DNA of 64,000 bases from the human T2T-CHM13v2.0 reference genome, Homo sapiens: assembly GCF_009914755.1 (NCBI RefSeq), contig NC_060934.1; one strand, written 5' to 3'. Shown in pieces: positions 20,967 through 33,620 of the stretch. Below the pieces are notes generated by a model. The model did no database searches, was not told the origin of the DNA, and saw only the letters and a list, made by a program, of their open reading frames with translations. Numbering within the stretch: the first letter of the stretch is position 1; each line of letters opens with the position of its first letter. Position numbers and translations under genes: made by a program.

Positions 20967-21279
20967 TTTTTTTTTTTTTTTTTTTTTTTTTGAGATAGAG
21001 TTTCGTTCTTGTCGCCCAGGCTGGAGTGCAATGGTGCGAGCTCCACTTACTGCAACCTCTGCCTCCTGGATTCAAGCAATTCTCCTTCCTGCCTTAGCCT
21101 CCCAAGTAGCTGAGATTACAGGCACCCACCACCATGCCTGGCTTATTTTTGTATTGTTTGGTAGAGACAGGGTTTCACCATGTTTGCCAGGCTAGTCTTG
21201 AACTCCTAACCTCAGGTGATCCACCTGTTTTAGCCTCCCAAAGTGCTGGGATTACAGGCGTGAGCCACTGCGTCTGGCC
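20967..21279 (-). mobile_element. AluSq-like element inserted in the MER4 internal region
   Basis: T25 tail; TSD caggt(a/g)agactttt at 20957-20970 and 21280-21293. Confidence 0.92.
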
Positions 21280-22811
21280 CAGGTGAGACTTTTTTAAAGC
21301 TGTGCCCAGCCATGGATTTGTACCATTAAATACCTATGAGTTGGGTGAATTCCTCTTCTCTTGAGGTTTCAGGATAAACTTGGGGCTCATGGGCCTATTA
21401 GAAAGTGACATTATTTTACTTACCACAGGTTATGAACCCTGTTACAGGGACTGTAGACAAGGTATAAGGCCAGTTTTTCCATGGGGCTGTTATTGGCTCC
21501 ATAAGTTGTTTGATTCCTTAAAAGAAAGTACATCATTCCTGTTAATGCTTTGGTAAAAATAACCCATTTCTTCAGTCATGTACTGTTACAAATTAAAACA
21601 GATTCTTATTGCACATTCCATAGTTATATGGAAATAACTATATTGCCATAAGTTAAGAATACTAACAAGTAGTTTTTAAATTCTGTAGAAATCAGGTAGA
21701 GAGAAACAAATGTTGTTTATAGGAGTATACTAAATTATTAGAAGCTATTAATAGCTTTAAAGAAAAGTTTTCTTGACATTGAAAAAACAAAACAAAGGAT
21801 TAGCAATGTTTTAAGCAAAAAGTTAAAAAGAGTACTGTAGTCATCTATTAGTTCAGTCCATGCAGTTAATTCCTGTTCTGCTTGACATTTATGAACATAT
21901 CAGCTCTCCCTGTGTCCTGAAATTTTTTCCTCTATTTACATATCAAAATCTTCAAAGTTATCAGAGATTGCATTCAAGAGCACCTGTTAGAGTTTTATAG
22001 CTGATTATAAAACCCCCTTCTAAAGAGGACTAAAAGAAGACAACAATTGTCCTTGGATTACAAAAGTTTTAAGATAGCCAAAGTTTAAGACACAATTAAG
22101 TAAATTTGTTATGTCTGTGGCACACAATAATTTAACATAACAATTACAATTATTACTGATAATGTATACTAAGTTATATCAGAATTATGGGAGTTTTCCA
22201 TAATTTTGGAATACATATCAATAATGTATTTATACAAATACAGCTCAAAGAAAACCACGTGCCATTTTGTACTTGACAATGCTTCTTGTATAATTTTTAT
22301 ACCAATTAAGCCAAATTATGTTTTTTTTGGACTCTAGGGACCCTAATATCTTAAAGGATTAATTAGGTTAGAAAAAGACATAATTTATAATTTGATTTTG
22401 GAAAGTTTGTTAAATATCAAAGGTTTAAAACACTTGATATAGCAGGTTATTGTAAAATAAGTTATTCATTCAACCAAAGTGATAACTCAAGGATTTTTAA
22501 AAAGAGGCAAAAACCCTTATTTTTTGAGAGAGGAGACTTAATTTTACAAACAAGAAGCCCTAGTAAAAATAGCATGAAGCCAATTAAATTTTTTTTAATT
22601 TTATAAACAATTTATAAAATTTTAATCCTGACCATAGGATATAACTTCCATAATCCTCTTATAACCTTTATTAAGGAGTCGGTTAATGCTTTAAGAAAAC
22701 CTTGTTAATCTGACACAGCTGTACATATGCTGGTATTGCCTTAATGTGCCTTTGACATTAATGATTGATTTATAGATAAACTGAACTGATTTTATCTTTA
22801 AAAATGGCCCT

Positions 22812-22948
22812 ATAGCATTAGGAGAAATATCAAATGTAGATGATGGGTTGATGAGTGCAGCAAATCACCATGGCACGTGTATACCTATGTAACAAAACTG
22901 CATGTTCTGCATATGTTCCCCAGAACTTAAAGTATAATTTTAAAAAAA
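22812..22948 (+). mobile_element. 5'-truncated L1PA7/8 3' end (~137 bp) inside MER4
   Basis: 'tagcattaggagaaat...cagaacttaaagtataa' flanked by an aaaa(t)ggcccta duplication. Confidence 0.88.
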
Positions 22949-25900
22949 GGCCCTAACAGTCTCACATCCCCACCTCCTCTGCGATAGTTTTTGGGCCTTG
23001 AGGAGTTGAATAGCTTTAATTTCTGGCCCTGTATGTCTCAGGAATACAGTTTATTTTGACTGGCATCTTTTACCGGGCCTGAAGATAAGGCTGTAACTGC
23101 TTTTAGTGTTTATGCTTTAGCAGGACTTGGTGTCCTTTTTAGACTCAGGATTTAAAACCATGTAACTTAATATTACAAGGACTTTAAAAGCACATGAAGA
23201 AGGATACACATATGTAATAACCTTAATTAAAAAAATTAATTTTAGTTATTTTCCTAAGCAAACCAAAACTTAATAATAATGGCATAGGAATTGTTTCGAT
23301 AAACTGTAAAATCTTTTAGGCCAGTTACCAAAGGGAAAAGAAAAGGCCTTTTGCACTGTACACAATATTATGATGGAAGAAAATATTTTCTTTAGAGCTT
23401 TAAGAAAATATTGTTAGTCTCAGGCAATAACAAACAGGACATGAGGAAAAAAAATTATATGAGCTGAAAATGTGTTGAAGGAGAAGTTTTGCTATTTTAC
23501 ACCCTTAAAAGGGGAGAGAAAACCTAAAACGGTGAGATGCAATACAAGTTGAACATTGTGTTAAAAACAAATTAAAATCTCATATAATTTATTGAGTAAA
23601 TCAATCCCTTAAGAAAATTTCATTGTTTTAACCAATTATGTAGTGTATGAGTGTTTTTGTATATATCAAGCCCAGTCTTTAAAAAGACCATTACAATTTC
23701 CCTTTAATTATAGACAACTTTATTATGTAAAAGTTTTTATTTTTATTTTTTTAATAAATTCTCTTCTTGTGACTTACCCAGACTGTTCATGACATGCTTG
23801 GACTTTCTGGTTTGTCCTGAACATCACTTTTTCTTAAACAACCAGTTATTTTATTATAGGACTAAATCTACCCTACAAGATTTTTTTTCATATTAAATTA
23901 TTTTTCTTTAAGCTTTTTTACCAAAAAACCCTTTTTATTTTTACAACTTCCTTTACATCTTTCTTATTTCCTGGTTCCTTTTACCTTCTTGTAATATAAC
24001 CTTTAAATTAGCTTTGAATTAGACAAAATTTGTTCACCTTTTCAAAAAGGACACACTTTTTTTCAAGAAAGAATGTTTTTATACAAATATATTATTATTG
24101 GAAAATGCCCAAATAATGAAATATCTATTATTTAATTTAACTTTAGATTTTAAATTATAACACTTTTGTTTACAAGTATTTATCCCATTACATTTACCTA
24201 ATTATTTTCTTTTTATCATTTACCTAGATTGTGTATGAAAACTGAAATAGTCATTATTTAAAGTTATTGAACTGCCATTGCAAAATTGTACCTGAGACAG
24301 TAAAAAAGATTTGATCTAACTGACTTCATCTTGATTCTTGTTCATTCCTCGGTATTGGCTGAACAAACTAAATTAGGAGGAATTTAGTTTATAGTTTAGC
24401 TTTGAATCAAAGATGAAGATAACATTCCCTTCCCAAAACAAACCGTATTGCCTGTGGACTAGTCCACCTAAAGCCACAGAATTAGAAGTTATGGTAATCT
24501 TACTAAATTTAAGATGTATCTATTTTTATTAAACTCATGTTAATGTCTTATTTACTAAAGATTATGGAAGCAAAGATTATTTTCTCTTGGGCTGGGTTTA
24601 AAGTTTATAGCCAAATTTTGACACTGTATAGTATTTGAAAGGAATAAGTATGAAATTACTTGAATAATAAATACAAAGAATGTATGCTGGCAATTCTTAA
24701 CACATTTTTAATATTACTTTACCAATAATTTTAAAGCTGGCTTATTTATTAAAGATTTTACTTAAGTTAAATAAACTTGAAAAAGCATTTGACTAGCCTT
24801 TTCTTTTTTCATGATAAAGTATTTGATTTAAGCACTTTTATTTTCTTAAGCCAATTAGAGATCTTTTATATATTTTCAGTAGTGAAACATTGTGTACACA
24901 ACACAAAAATACATAGATGTATTAGGCATGCCTATAGAAGTACATCTTTAGATTTATAGATTTATAAAGACCTTTTTTTCTATCTTAGACTTTTAGATTC
25001 TTAATAACATGTTTTATAACCCAGAGCAGTTTTCAGCTAAATAGCCTTAAATTTGCATATTAAAGGAGACAACTCAGGTGAAAATCAAATTACAAAATTT
25101 ACATAATAAGGTACTGAGACAAAAAGTCTGGTGGTGCTAGAGGGAGATTAAAGATGGATGCCAAATTAAACATAAAATTATAGAAATCTGTCATAGAATT
25201 GTATAAGGAGACCAATTTTATTTAGATACAGACTACATATATTTTAACTGGATCTTTGAGCTCTGGGCAGAGCCCACACTGAATCCTGGGTCTCCAAAAA
25301 GGGAGAATAATCATGATCTTAGACTAGCATGGCATCCATGCTTTTACAGTGCACTTAAAATAATTCTTTTTAAACAAAGATATTTCTAAGTGTTTGAACT
25401 GCATGCTTCCTTAAAACCCAAAAGTAGCCTCTGTTGTAATAGGTATTTTAGTTAAAAAAATCAGGTTACAAAATACGAAAGCAAGCAGTTTATTTAAGAG
25501 CTGAGACAAACTTGTCTGTATATTCTTTTGGTATTCCATAAAAAGCAAACAAACAAACAAAAAACAGAAGTTCCTCCCCAAAAGGGAGCTAGGTACCTTC
25601 TTTGATTTCTTTAAGGACCCCCAAGATATTTTAAACTATTTTAGGTCCCACATGTAGTAGATGGTGCAAGAGAAAGGAGAGAGAGTAGATGTAAATGGAG
25701 AAAACAGAATTCAGTTAACTGAGAAGAAAAAATATTTTGCTCAAAAAAAGGCAAGGTTCTAGGAGAGAAAAAAAAACATGAACGCCTTTTAAATACAAAC
25801 AGGCACACAGGCACACATACACACACACACGTCTTGGATAATGACTTTTAATTAAGCTTAACCATTGAGCTCCTTTAAAAATTTTTTTAAATCTCATTAT

Positions 25901-26910
25901 CATATTTCAGCTAGGAGAAATTGCTGCTATTTCAGAAGTACCAAGTATCAAACCAGAAAGGGCTGGATTCAGGAACCAAACCCAGGGTGTCCTGGTGGAA
26001 GAAAAAAAAAAAAAGAAGGCAGAACCTTAGCTGTTGAACTCCAGCATGGGTGGACAGCCATTGTTCTTTCAGTTTTGCCTGGCTAGTAAAAAGGTGGCCT
26101 TGTTATGTAAATAAAGCCCCTTTAGTAGTTAAAATTAAAAAAAAAATTCATTTCTTTTTCCCTTTTGCTGTCCATTTTCTCCCCCACTACACCACCTTTG
26201 TGTGCATGTGTTGTGGCAGGGTGTCAGGGGTGGTGGTGGGGAATTTAGCCACTTCAGAGGCCTTGTTCCCCATAATTTGGAATTTTCCTTCAAATTTTAT
26301 CAAGTCTGATAGAGTTGGTTAAACCCAATGGGAAAAAGACTGAAGGAACAATAAAAATAGGAACAAACATACAACAACAACAAAAACAGTTAAACAAACA
26401 AACGACAGCAAACAAACACATTATGTGATTACTGAATATTGTAATGGTAAGGAGAAATTAAGACCAGCTGGTTCTTAAACTTAGCCAAGACAAAACCCCA
26501 ATTTAGCTACTTACCTAGGGATGGGTCTCAGGCTGAAGACCGTACTCTACCAGCCTAGAAGCTGGAAAAAAAACTAAAAAACAAAAACCTGAACTCATCT
26601 TCCCTGCTGCAAATGAGCTCAAACTCCATAAAGGAGTTATCTGCCTTTCATCATCATGGAAACAGAAAATCTTGCCTTCCTTGTTGGAAGCAAGTAAAAC
26701 TCCAAAAAAGGGAAGTTGTACGGCAAAATAAACTTTAGATCTCGACCAAATTTTGGGAGATCAGGGATTCTCTGGACGGTATGCTCCCAGACCTCAGCAA
26801 ATTGTCCTATTGGAGCCATAATGTTTGCTTATGCTGATATCAAGCACCAATAGGAGATTTGTGAAAGGTCAGAGGCATCTCCAGTCAGAATTGCCTTGTG
26901 GTTACCAAAA

Positions 26911-27381
26911 TGTGAACCCCCAAAATCTGAGACAGGTCTCAGTTAATTTAGAAAGTTTATTTGCCAAGGTTGAGGACATGTGCCTGTGACACAGCCTCAG
27001 GAAGTTTTGATGACATGTGCCCAAAGTGATTAGAACACAGTTTAGTTTTATACATTTTAGGGAGACATGAGACATTAATTAACATACATAAGATGAACAT
27101 TGGTTCAGTCTGGAAAGTCAGGACAGCTTGAAGCAAAGATGGGAAGACTTGAAGCAGGGAGGGGGCTTCCAGGTTATAGGTAGATAAGAGACAAATGGTT
27201 GCATTCCTTTGAGTTTCTGATTAATTTCTCCAAAGGAGGAAATCAGATATGCATTTATCTTAGTGAGCAGAGGGGCGACTTTGAATGAAATGGGAAGCAG
27301 GTTGGCTCTAGGCAGTTCCCAGCTTCATTTTTCCCTTTAGCTTAGTGATTTGGGGGCCCCCAGATTTATTTTCCTTTCTCA
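26911..27381 (-). mobile_element. MER4A-type 5' LTR
   Basis: Direct repeat of 19460-19925, followed by TSD AGTG. Confidence 0.9.
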
Positions 27382-27559
27382 AGTGTTACATCTCTAGTAG
27401 ATACTGCAATTCAATAAGTAAAAATGCTAGGATTTTTTGCTAGTTACTAGGAATATAATAATCAAATGCGTGATTGCAAATATTATAAAGTCACATGAAG
27501 AAAAAGGACAGGTAACCTAATAATGATAGTACACACTGTGACTAATTGTTGTTAGGAAA

Positions 27560-27778
27560 GTGTAGTACTTAAGAACTAGAGTCAGAATGCACTGATTTTC
27601 ATTTCAGCTTCACTACTTATTGACTGGGTAACCTTCTAAGCCTTGATTTATCATCTATAAAATGAAATTAATAACATTACCTAATTGATGAGGTAATTCG
27701 GAGTATTAAGTCAGTTAATGTACGAAAAGTAATTAGCACAGTGCCTGGGAAATAGTAAGCACTTTATGAATATCAGCT
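27560..27778 (+). mobile_element. MIR
   Basis: 'tcatctataaaatg...agcacagtgcctgg...tagtaagcact' MIR core and tail. Confidence 0.75.
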
Positions 27779-27987
27779 CTTTTTAGTAGTAGTATTGTAG
27801 AAGTATATGTAGAGAAATCAGGAGTAAAATGAGGATTGCCATTCACACAAAATCCAGAACTGGTAGGCAATGATTCTAGAATAAGAGTTACCCATGGGTG
27901 GAAGGTATAAGGGATGAGGGAAAAGTTTGTGCCAAACAGGGTTACAGAGGTTTGCTAATGTATGTCAAGTTTTTGAAACTGCTGGTA

Positions 27988-30764
27988 TAGGCATACCTTG
28001 TTGTATTTTACTTCGCATTATTGCACTTCAGAGATGTTGTAGTTTTTTTACTAATTGAAGTTTTGTGGTAACCATAGGTTAAGCAAGTCTGTTCGTGCAA
28101 TTTTTCCAATATCATGTACTCACTTTGTGTCTCTGCACCACATTTTGGTTATTTTTAAAATATTTTTATTTTTAAAATTATTACTATATAGATTATGGCA
28201 ATTTGTGATCAGTGCTCCTCGATGTTACTTTTGTAATTGTTTTGGGGTGCCAAAAACTGTACCTATATAAAACAAGTCAGCTTAATTAATGTGGTGTTTG
28301 TTCTGAGTGCTCCATTGACTGGAAGTTCTGTCTCCATCTCCTTAGGCCTCCTTTTCATTGAGACACAGCAATATTGAAATCAAGCTGTTTAATAATGCTA
28401 CAATTGCTTCCCAGTGTTCAAATGAAAAGAATTGTTGCATGTCTTGTCACTTTAAATCAAATGCTACATGTGATTAAGCTTAGTGAGGAGGGCATGTTGA
28501 ATGCCAATACGGCCGAAATCTAGGCCTCTTGTCCGAAGAATTAGCTGAATTGTGAATGCAAAGGAAAAATTCTTGAAGGAAATGAATGCTACTTTAGTGA
28601 ACACACAAATCATAAGAAAATGAAATAGCCTTTTTAATGATATGGAGAAAGTTTTAGTTGTCCGAATATAAGATCAAAACCACTATAACATTCCCGTAAA
28701 CCTAAGCTTAATTTAGAGTAGAGCCTAACTTTCTTCAATTCTACAAAGTCTGAGAGAGGTGAGGAAGATGCAGAAGAAAATTTGGAAGCCAGAAGAAGGT
28801 GGTTTATGAGGTTTAAGTAAGGAAGCCATCTTCATAACAAAAGTGCGAGGTGAAGCAGTAAGTGCTGATATAGAAGATACATGTCTAACTTAATTGATGC
28901 AGTAGCTACACTAAATAACAGATTCTCAATGTATATGAAACAGCTTTCTAAAAGAAGATACCACCTAGGAATTTTATAGCAAAGAAGACATGTAAATGCT
29001 TGACATCAAAATTCAAAAGACAGGATGACTTTCTTGTTAGGAGCTAATGCATCTGGTGATTATGAGCCTTGGTAATGAGCCAGTGCTCATTTACCCTTCT
29101 GAAAATCCTACGGTCCTTAAGAATTATGCTAAACATGTTCTGCCTATGTTCTATAAATGGAACAATAAAGCCAGCATGACAGCATATCTATTTACAGCAT
29201 GGTTTACTGAATATTTTAAGCCCACTGTTGAGGCCTACTGCTTAGAAAAAAAAGACTTCTTTCAAAATAGTACAGCTCATTCACAGTATACCTAGTCACT
29301 CAAGAGCTTTGAAGGTGATGTGTAAGGAGATTAATGCTGTTTCATGCCTGCTAACACAATAACTGATACGGTTTGGGTGGTGTCCCCACCAAAATCTCAT
29401 GTTCAGTTGTAATCCCCAGTGTTGGAGGTGGGGGCCTGGTGGGAGGTGATTGGATCATGGGGATGGATCCCTCATGAATGGTTTAGCACCATCCCCTTCA
29501 TGCTGTTCTCTTGGTGCTGATAGTGAGTGAGTTCTTGAGAGATCTGGTTGTTTAAAATTGTGTAGTACCCCCTCTTCACTCTCTCATTCCTGCTCCTGTG
29601 CCTGCTCCGCCTTCACCTTTCACCATGATTCTAAGTTTACTGAGGCTTCCCCAGAAGCCTTGCAGATGCCAGCATCATGTTTCCTGTACAACCTGTGGGT
29701 CTATGAGCCAATTAAGCCCCTTTTCTTTATAAATTACCTGGTCTTGGGTATTTCTTTATAGTAATGCAAGAATGGTCTAAGTACAATAACCATTTGGCAG
29801 CCTGTGGATCAAGGAGTAATTTTGATTTTTTGTACTATTTTTATTAAAATACATTTTGTAAGGCTATAGCTGACATAGGTGATGATTCCTCTGATGAATC
29901 TAGGCAAAGAAAAATCTCTGGAAAGAAATCATCATTCTAATTGCCTTTGATAACATTCATGATTCATGGGAGTAGATCAAGATATCAACATTAACTTGAG
30001 TTTGGAAGAAGTTGATTCCCACCCTCATAGATGACTTTGAGGGGTTCTAGATATTAGTGGAAGAAGTAACTGCACTTGTGGTAGAGATAGCATGAGTAAT
30101 ATTGATAGAATTATAAGTGGAGTTTGGAGATGTACGGAATTGCTGCAATGTAATGATAAAACTTTATTAATGAGATGTTGGTTTTTATGGATGAGTAAAT
30201 AAAGTAGTTTCTGGAGATGGAAACTTTTCCTGGTGAAGATGCTGTGAACATTGTTGAAATGACAATGAGTTGGAATATCACATAAACTTGATAAAGAAGC
30301 AGCTGGATTTGAGGATTGACTCCAATTGCAAAAGTTCTGTTAGTAAATTTTTATGAAACAGCATTGCATGCTGCAGAGAAATCTTTCCTGAAAGGTGCAG
30401 TCAGTCATTGTGGCAAATATCATTGTTGTCTTATTTTAAGAAATTGCCACAATCACTCCAACCCTCAGGAACCATTACCCTGATCAGGCAGCAGCTGTCA
30501 ACACTGAGGCAAGACCCTCCACCAGCAAAAAGAAAACATGCTAAAGGCTCAGATGATCATTAGCAGTTTTTAGCCATAAAGTATTTTATATATATTTTCT
30601 TCTAGACATAATATTATTGCACATTTAATAGGCTACAGCATTGTGTAAATGTTACTGTTATATGCACTGGGAAACCAAAAAAATTTTGTGACCCACTTTA
30701 TTGCGATATTAACTTTATTGCAGTAGTCTGTAACTAAACTTGCAACATCTCCAACATATGCCTG
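27988..30764 (+). mobile_element. Full-length Tigger1 (pogo/TcMar) DNA transposon with decayed transposase
   Basis: Termini (t)aggcatacc ... tatgcctg flanked by TA. Transposase remnant LIYPSENP..LKNYAK..LP..YKWNNKA at 29047-29295. Start codon appears mutated to ATT (28403). Confidence 0.93.
29364..29785 (+). mobile_element. MSTA solo LTR (MaLR) inserted in Tigger1
   Basis: tgata...taca termini; perfect 5-bp TSD ATAAC (29359-29363, 29786-29790). Confidence 0.9.
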
Positions 30765-32599
30765 TACTGTTATTTGACTGCAGTGTTAATGCTATTAGCA
30801 GAGAAAGAAGCAAGGCTAAGTTTCTAAGATTGGTATATGATATGTTAATGTGATTGGACGTCATAAAAGTGAGGGAGAAACACTGAGGAAATTTAAGCAA
30901 GGGAATTAAGAAGTGTTTGGAGGAGAATCACAGAAACCTCTTTTGGGGTTAAAGAGAGCACTTTGTCAGTTAAGTTTGTGTATTAAACCATGAGGAAAGT
31001 TATGAGTGCCTTCATTCATTAGGCATGTGTTTGCTATAGAAAGAACTTAAACTATTTAATGTTTATAAACAATATCCAAGGATTTATCATCAGAATAATA
31101 TGCTATAATACTTATGCAGAGCTGTCTGGTATATTTATTCCTCATGTTTTATTCCAGAAATATGTTTTATTTTGTCTTTTACAATTGTCTATTTTCTGTG
31201 TAACCATATTTTTAAAAATATTACCTTGTCTGAATTATATACATTATTATTGTATTAATTATCTGTTGAAAGTTTATATGGAATAGATTTCATCGTGGAT
31301 CTTAGTAACAGCTAATTTAATCTCCAATTTGAATTTATTTATATTTTTTAAAAGAACAAGTAAGAATATAACCTAATAAGATCTCAAGTTGTTTGCCTGA
31401 AACAGCCCGATTGTCTTTAAGATATGACTAGTTAACTAGCATCCTTTATGTAACTATGCTTTTAAATCCAAATAGTGGTTTGCAAGACCCTCTCTTTCCC
31501 TTCAGTTCGTTAGATGAACTTGATAATTTTAGCACATTCTTTTATATTACATTTTCCTTTTTTGTTTATCTGAAATATTATATCAGAGTTTATTATGTCT
31601 GGCAAGCTGACGTTTTGCACAAACACATCAATTTATCTTTCATAAAATAAGAAATTTTCTCCCACAAATTTTGACATTTTGTAGTAAATATCAAGCTATT
31701 AATCTACTTCTCTGTCCAAATGCATTTAATGCAACTTTTTTATAAAATCATAAAATTTAAAATATTGATCATTATTATTAATTCATTAAAAATATAGCAT
31801 ATCTTAAATTCAAGTTTTAGATTTTGGACATGTTTTCAGTATGAATTTACATTTACATTTGAATTGACAAAATGTATTATCAGGGTTACTGTAGTTTCAG
31901 CTAACTTAATTTTTAGCATGTTGTCTTATCAATTATTTTGGGGGTTTTTTAAACAGATGGGGAAGATGAGAATATGAAATTGTGTCACTAATCAGTCTTT
32001 ATTTTGATTATTGTTTGAATAATCACTGTATAATGAATAAAATTATTACCGAAGACAGAATTACAAAGGTGCATTTATACTGGCTTAAGTTTTAAAACTA
32101 ACTTTAAATGTAACTTGTGTAAACATGTCATATTTTTCATGGGAATACCACAGAACTAAATGGAAAACGTTATTTGCAAGAGTCATGTTCTAGCCATGGC
32201 ATCAACAAATAGGAATCTTCCTAATTAGAACATAATAGATTTTACAGTCATAAATATCCCATACCCTGAGAAGATATACTTTCATAGAAAATACAAATTT
32301 AGAATATTGTTGCCGTTATTGTCTCACTGTTTTTTAAAAGCAGTTGGCTAAATAATCATTCTTTTAAGATGGTATCATTTTTAATACATTAAGAAATAAT
32401 ATTTCATGTAATGCCACCTAATTGAGACACAATAACATCTGTACCTTCTTCCTTTCATAGCTTTTAATAAGGATATTTGAAGTCCTAAGAATACTCCTGT
32501 GCTAAATCTTGCTATTGAATCTATTTATTCTATAAATTTCTTGAAGTTATTTATTTATATTTATAAATATTTCTAAATTACATTCATTTATTTATAATA

Positions 32600-32920
32600 A
32601 TTTATTTATTTATTCAGTAGTTTTATTGAGTGCTTTCTATATACTGTCTACCAACTACTGTTCTAGTCATTGGAAGAGTGCTGTGAACAATATGAACAAG
32701 GCTACTGTTCTCGAGGAGCTTACATTTTAGTGGGGAAAAGACATTTTAACTAATGATCAACCAGTAAAATAAAATAATTTTAGATTGTAGTTTGAAAAGC
32801 ATAGTTTTATACAATACTATAGAGTAAGGGGGTGGTAAATTACTTTACATGAGTGTCTTTAAGAAGTGCAATATTTACGGTGAGACCTACATGATACAGA
32901 GCAAGCCATGTGAAGACCAG
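32600..32920 (-). mobile_element. L2 3' fragment
   Basis: 'tattcagtagttttattgagtgc...ggagcttacattttagtgggg'. Confidence 0.7.
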
Positions 32921-32977
32921 TTGCCCTACATCACTTAAGAATGATTCTCCTTTGTGCTTATTCCTTTTCCTAGAAAC

Positions 32978-33202
32978 CAGGCTTGTCCAACTTGCAGCCC
33001 ATGGGCCACATGCAGCCCAGGACAGCTTTGAATGCAGTGCAACACAAATTTGTAAACTTTCTTAAAACATTATGAGATTTTTTTGCGATTTGTTTTTTTG
33101 TTTTTAGCTCATCAGCTATCGTTAGTGTGTTTTACGTATGGCCTAAGACAATTCTTTTTCTTCCACTGTGGCCCAGGGAAGCCAAAAGATTGGGCACCCC
33201 TG
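32978..33202. mobile_element. MER30 (hAT-Charlie MITE)
   Basis: TIRs caggcttgtccaa ... ttgggcacccctg; typical ~225-bp body. Confidence 0.88.
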
Positions 33203-33434
33203 CAGTTTCCAGTTTTATTAGAAGGGGCCTGGAACTGCTGTATGCTATTGTAGACAGAGAAAAACTGAGAATAGCCAGATACACTTGAACCTAATGCTGT
33301 GCTTCATTTCTTTCTGCTCTCTGTATCAAATTTTCCTGTTTGATCTCAGCACTTCTGCATATTTTTAGATGTTAAAAAGCGATTTCTTGTCCCACCCACG
33401 TGAGTAGTAGAAGACAGGATATTTTTCATGTTCT

Positions 33435-33620
33435 TTTTTCTCATAGCACTTACTGAGTTCCAACATATTATATAATTTATTATTATCGCCATTTATTATC
33501 TGCTCTCCCACTAAGAATTTTTTCACTGCTAGCTTTTATTTTTAACTGATACATCCAAGTACCTGGTACAATGCCCAGAATATAATAGATACTTAGTGAT
33601 TTATTTGATATATGCATAAA
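33435..33620 (+). mobile_element. L2 3' fragment
   Basis: 'tctgctctcccactaagaa...acctggtacaatgcc...tatttga'. Confidence 0.55.

Larger units (their letters stand above)
19460..27381 (-). mobile_element. Complete MER4 (ERV1 class, non-autonomous) provirus: two MER4A-type LTRs plus internal region
   Basis: Two ~470-bp direct repeats and a 4-bp TSD AGTG (19456-19459, 27382-27385). Polypurine tract just inside the left LTR (19926-19944). PBS-like TGGTAACCAC on the minus strand next to the right LTR. No intact ORFs. Confidence 0.9.

Noticed and set aside
29047-29295. Domesticated TIGD-like transposase gene
   Set aside because: Only 82 aa are open, the start codon is lost, and the frame is interrupted by MSTA.
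31958-32068. Possible extra exon (ttttaaacag|ATGG...AAAG|gtgcat)
   Set aside because: Weak donor, stop codons and no attractin-like peptide.
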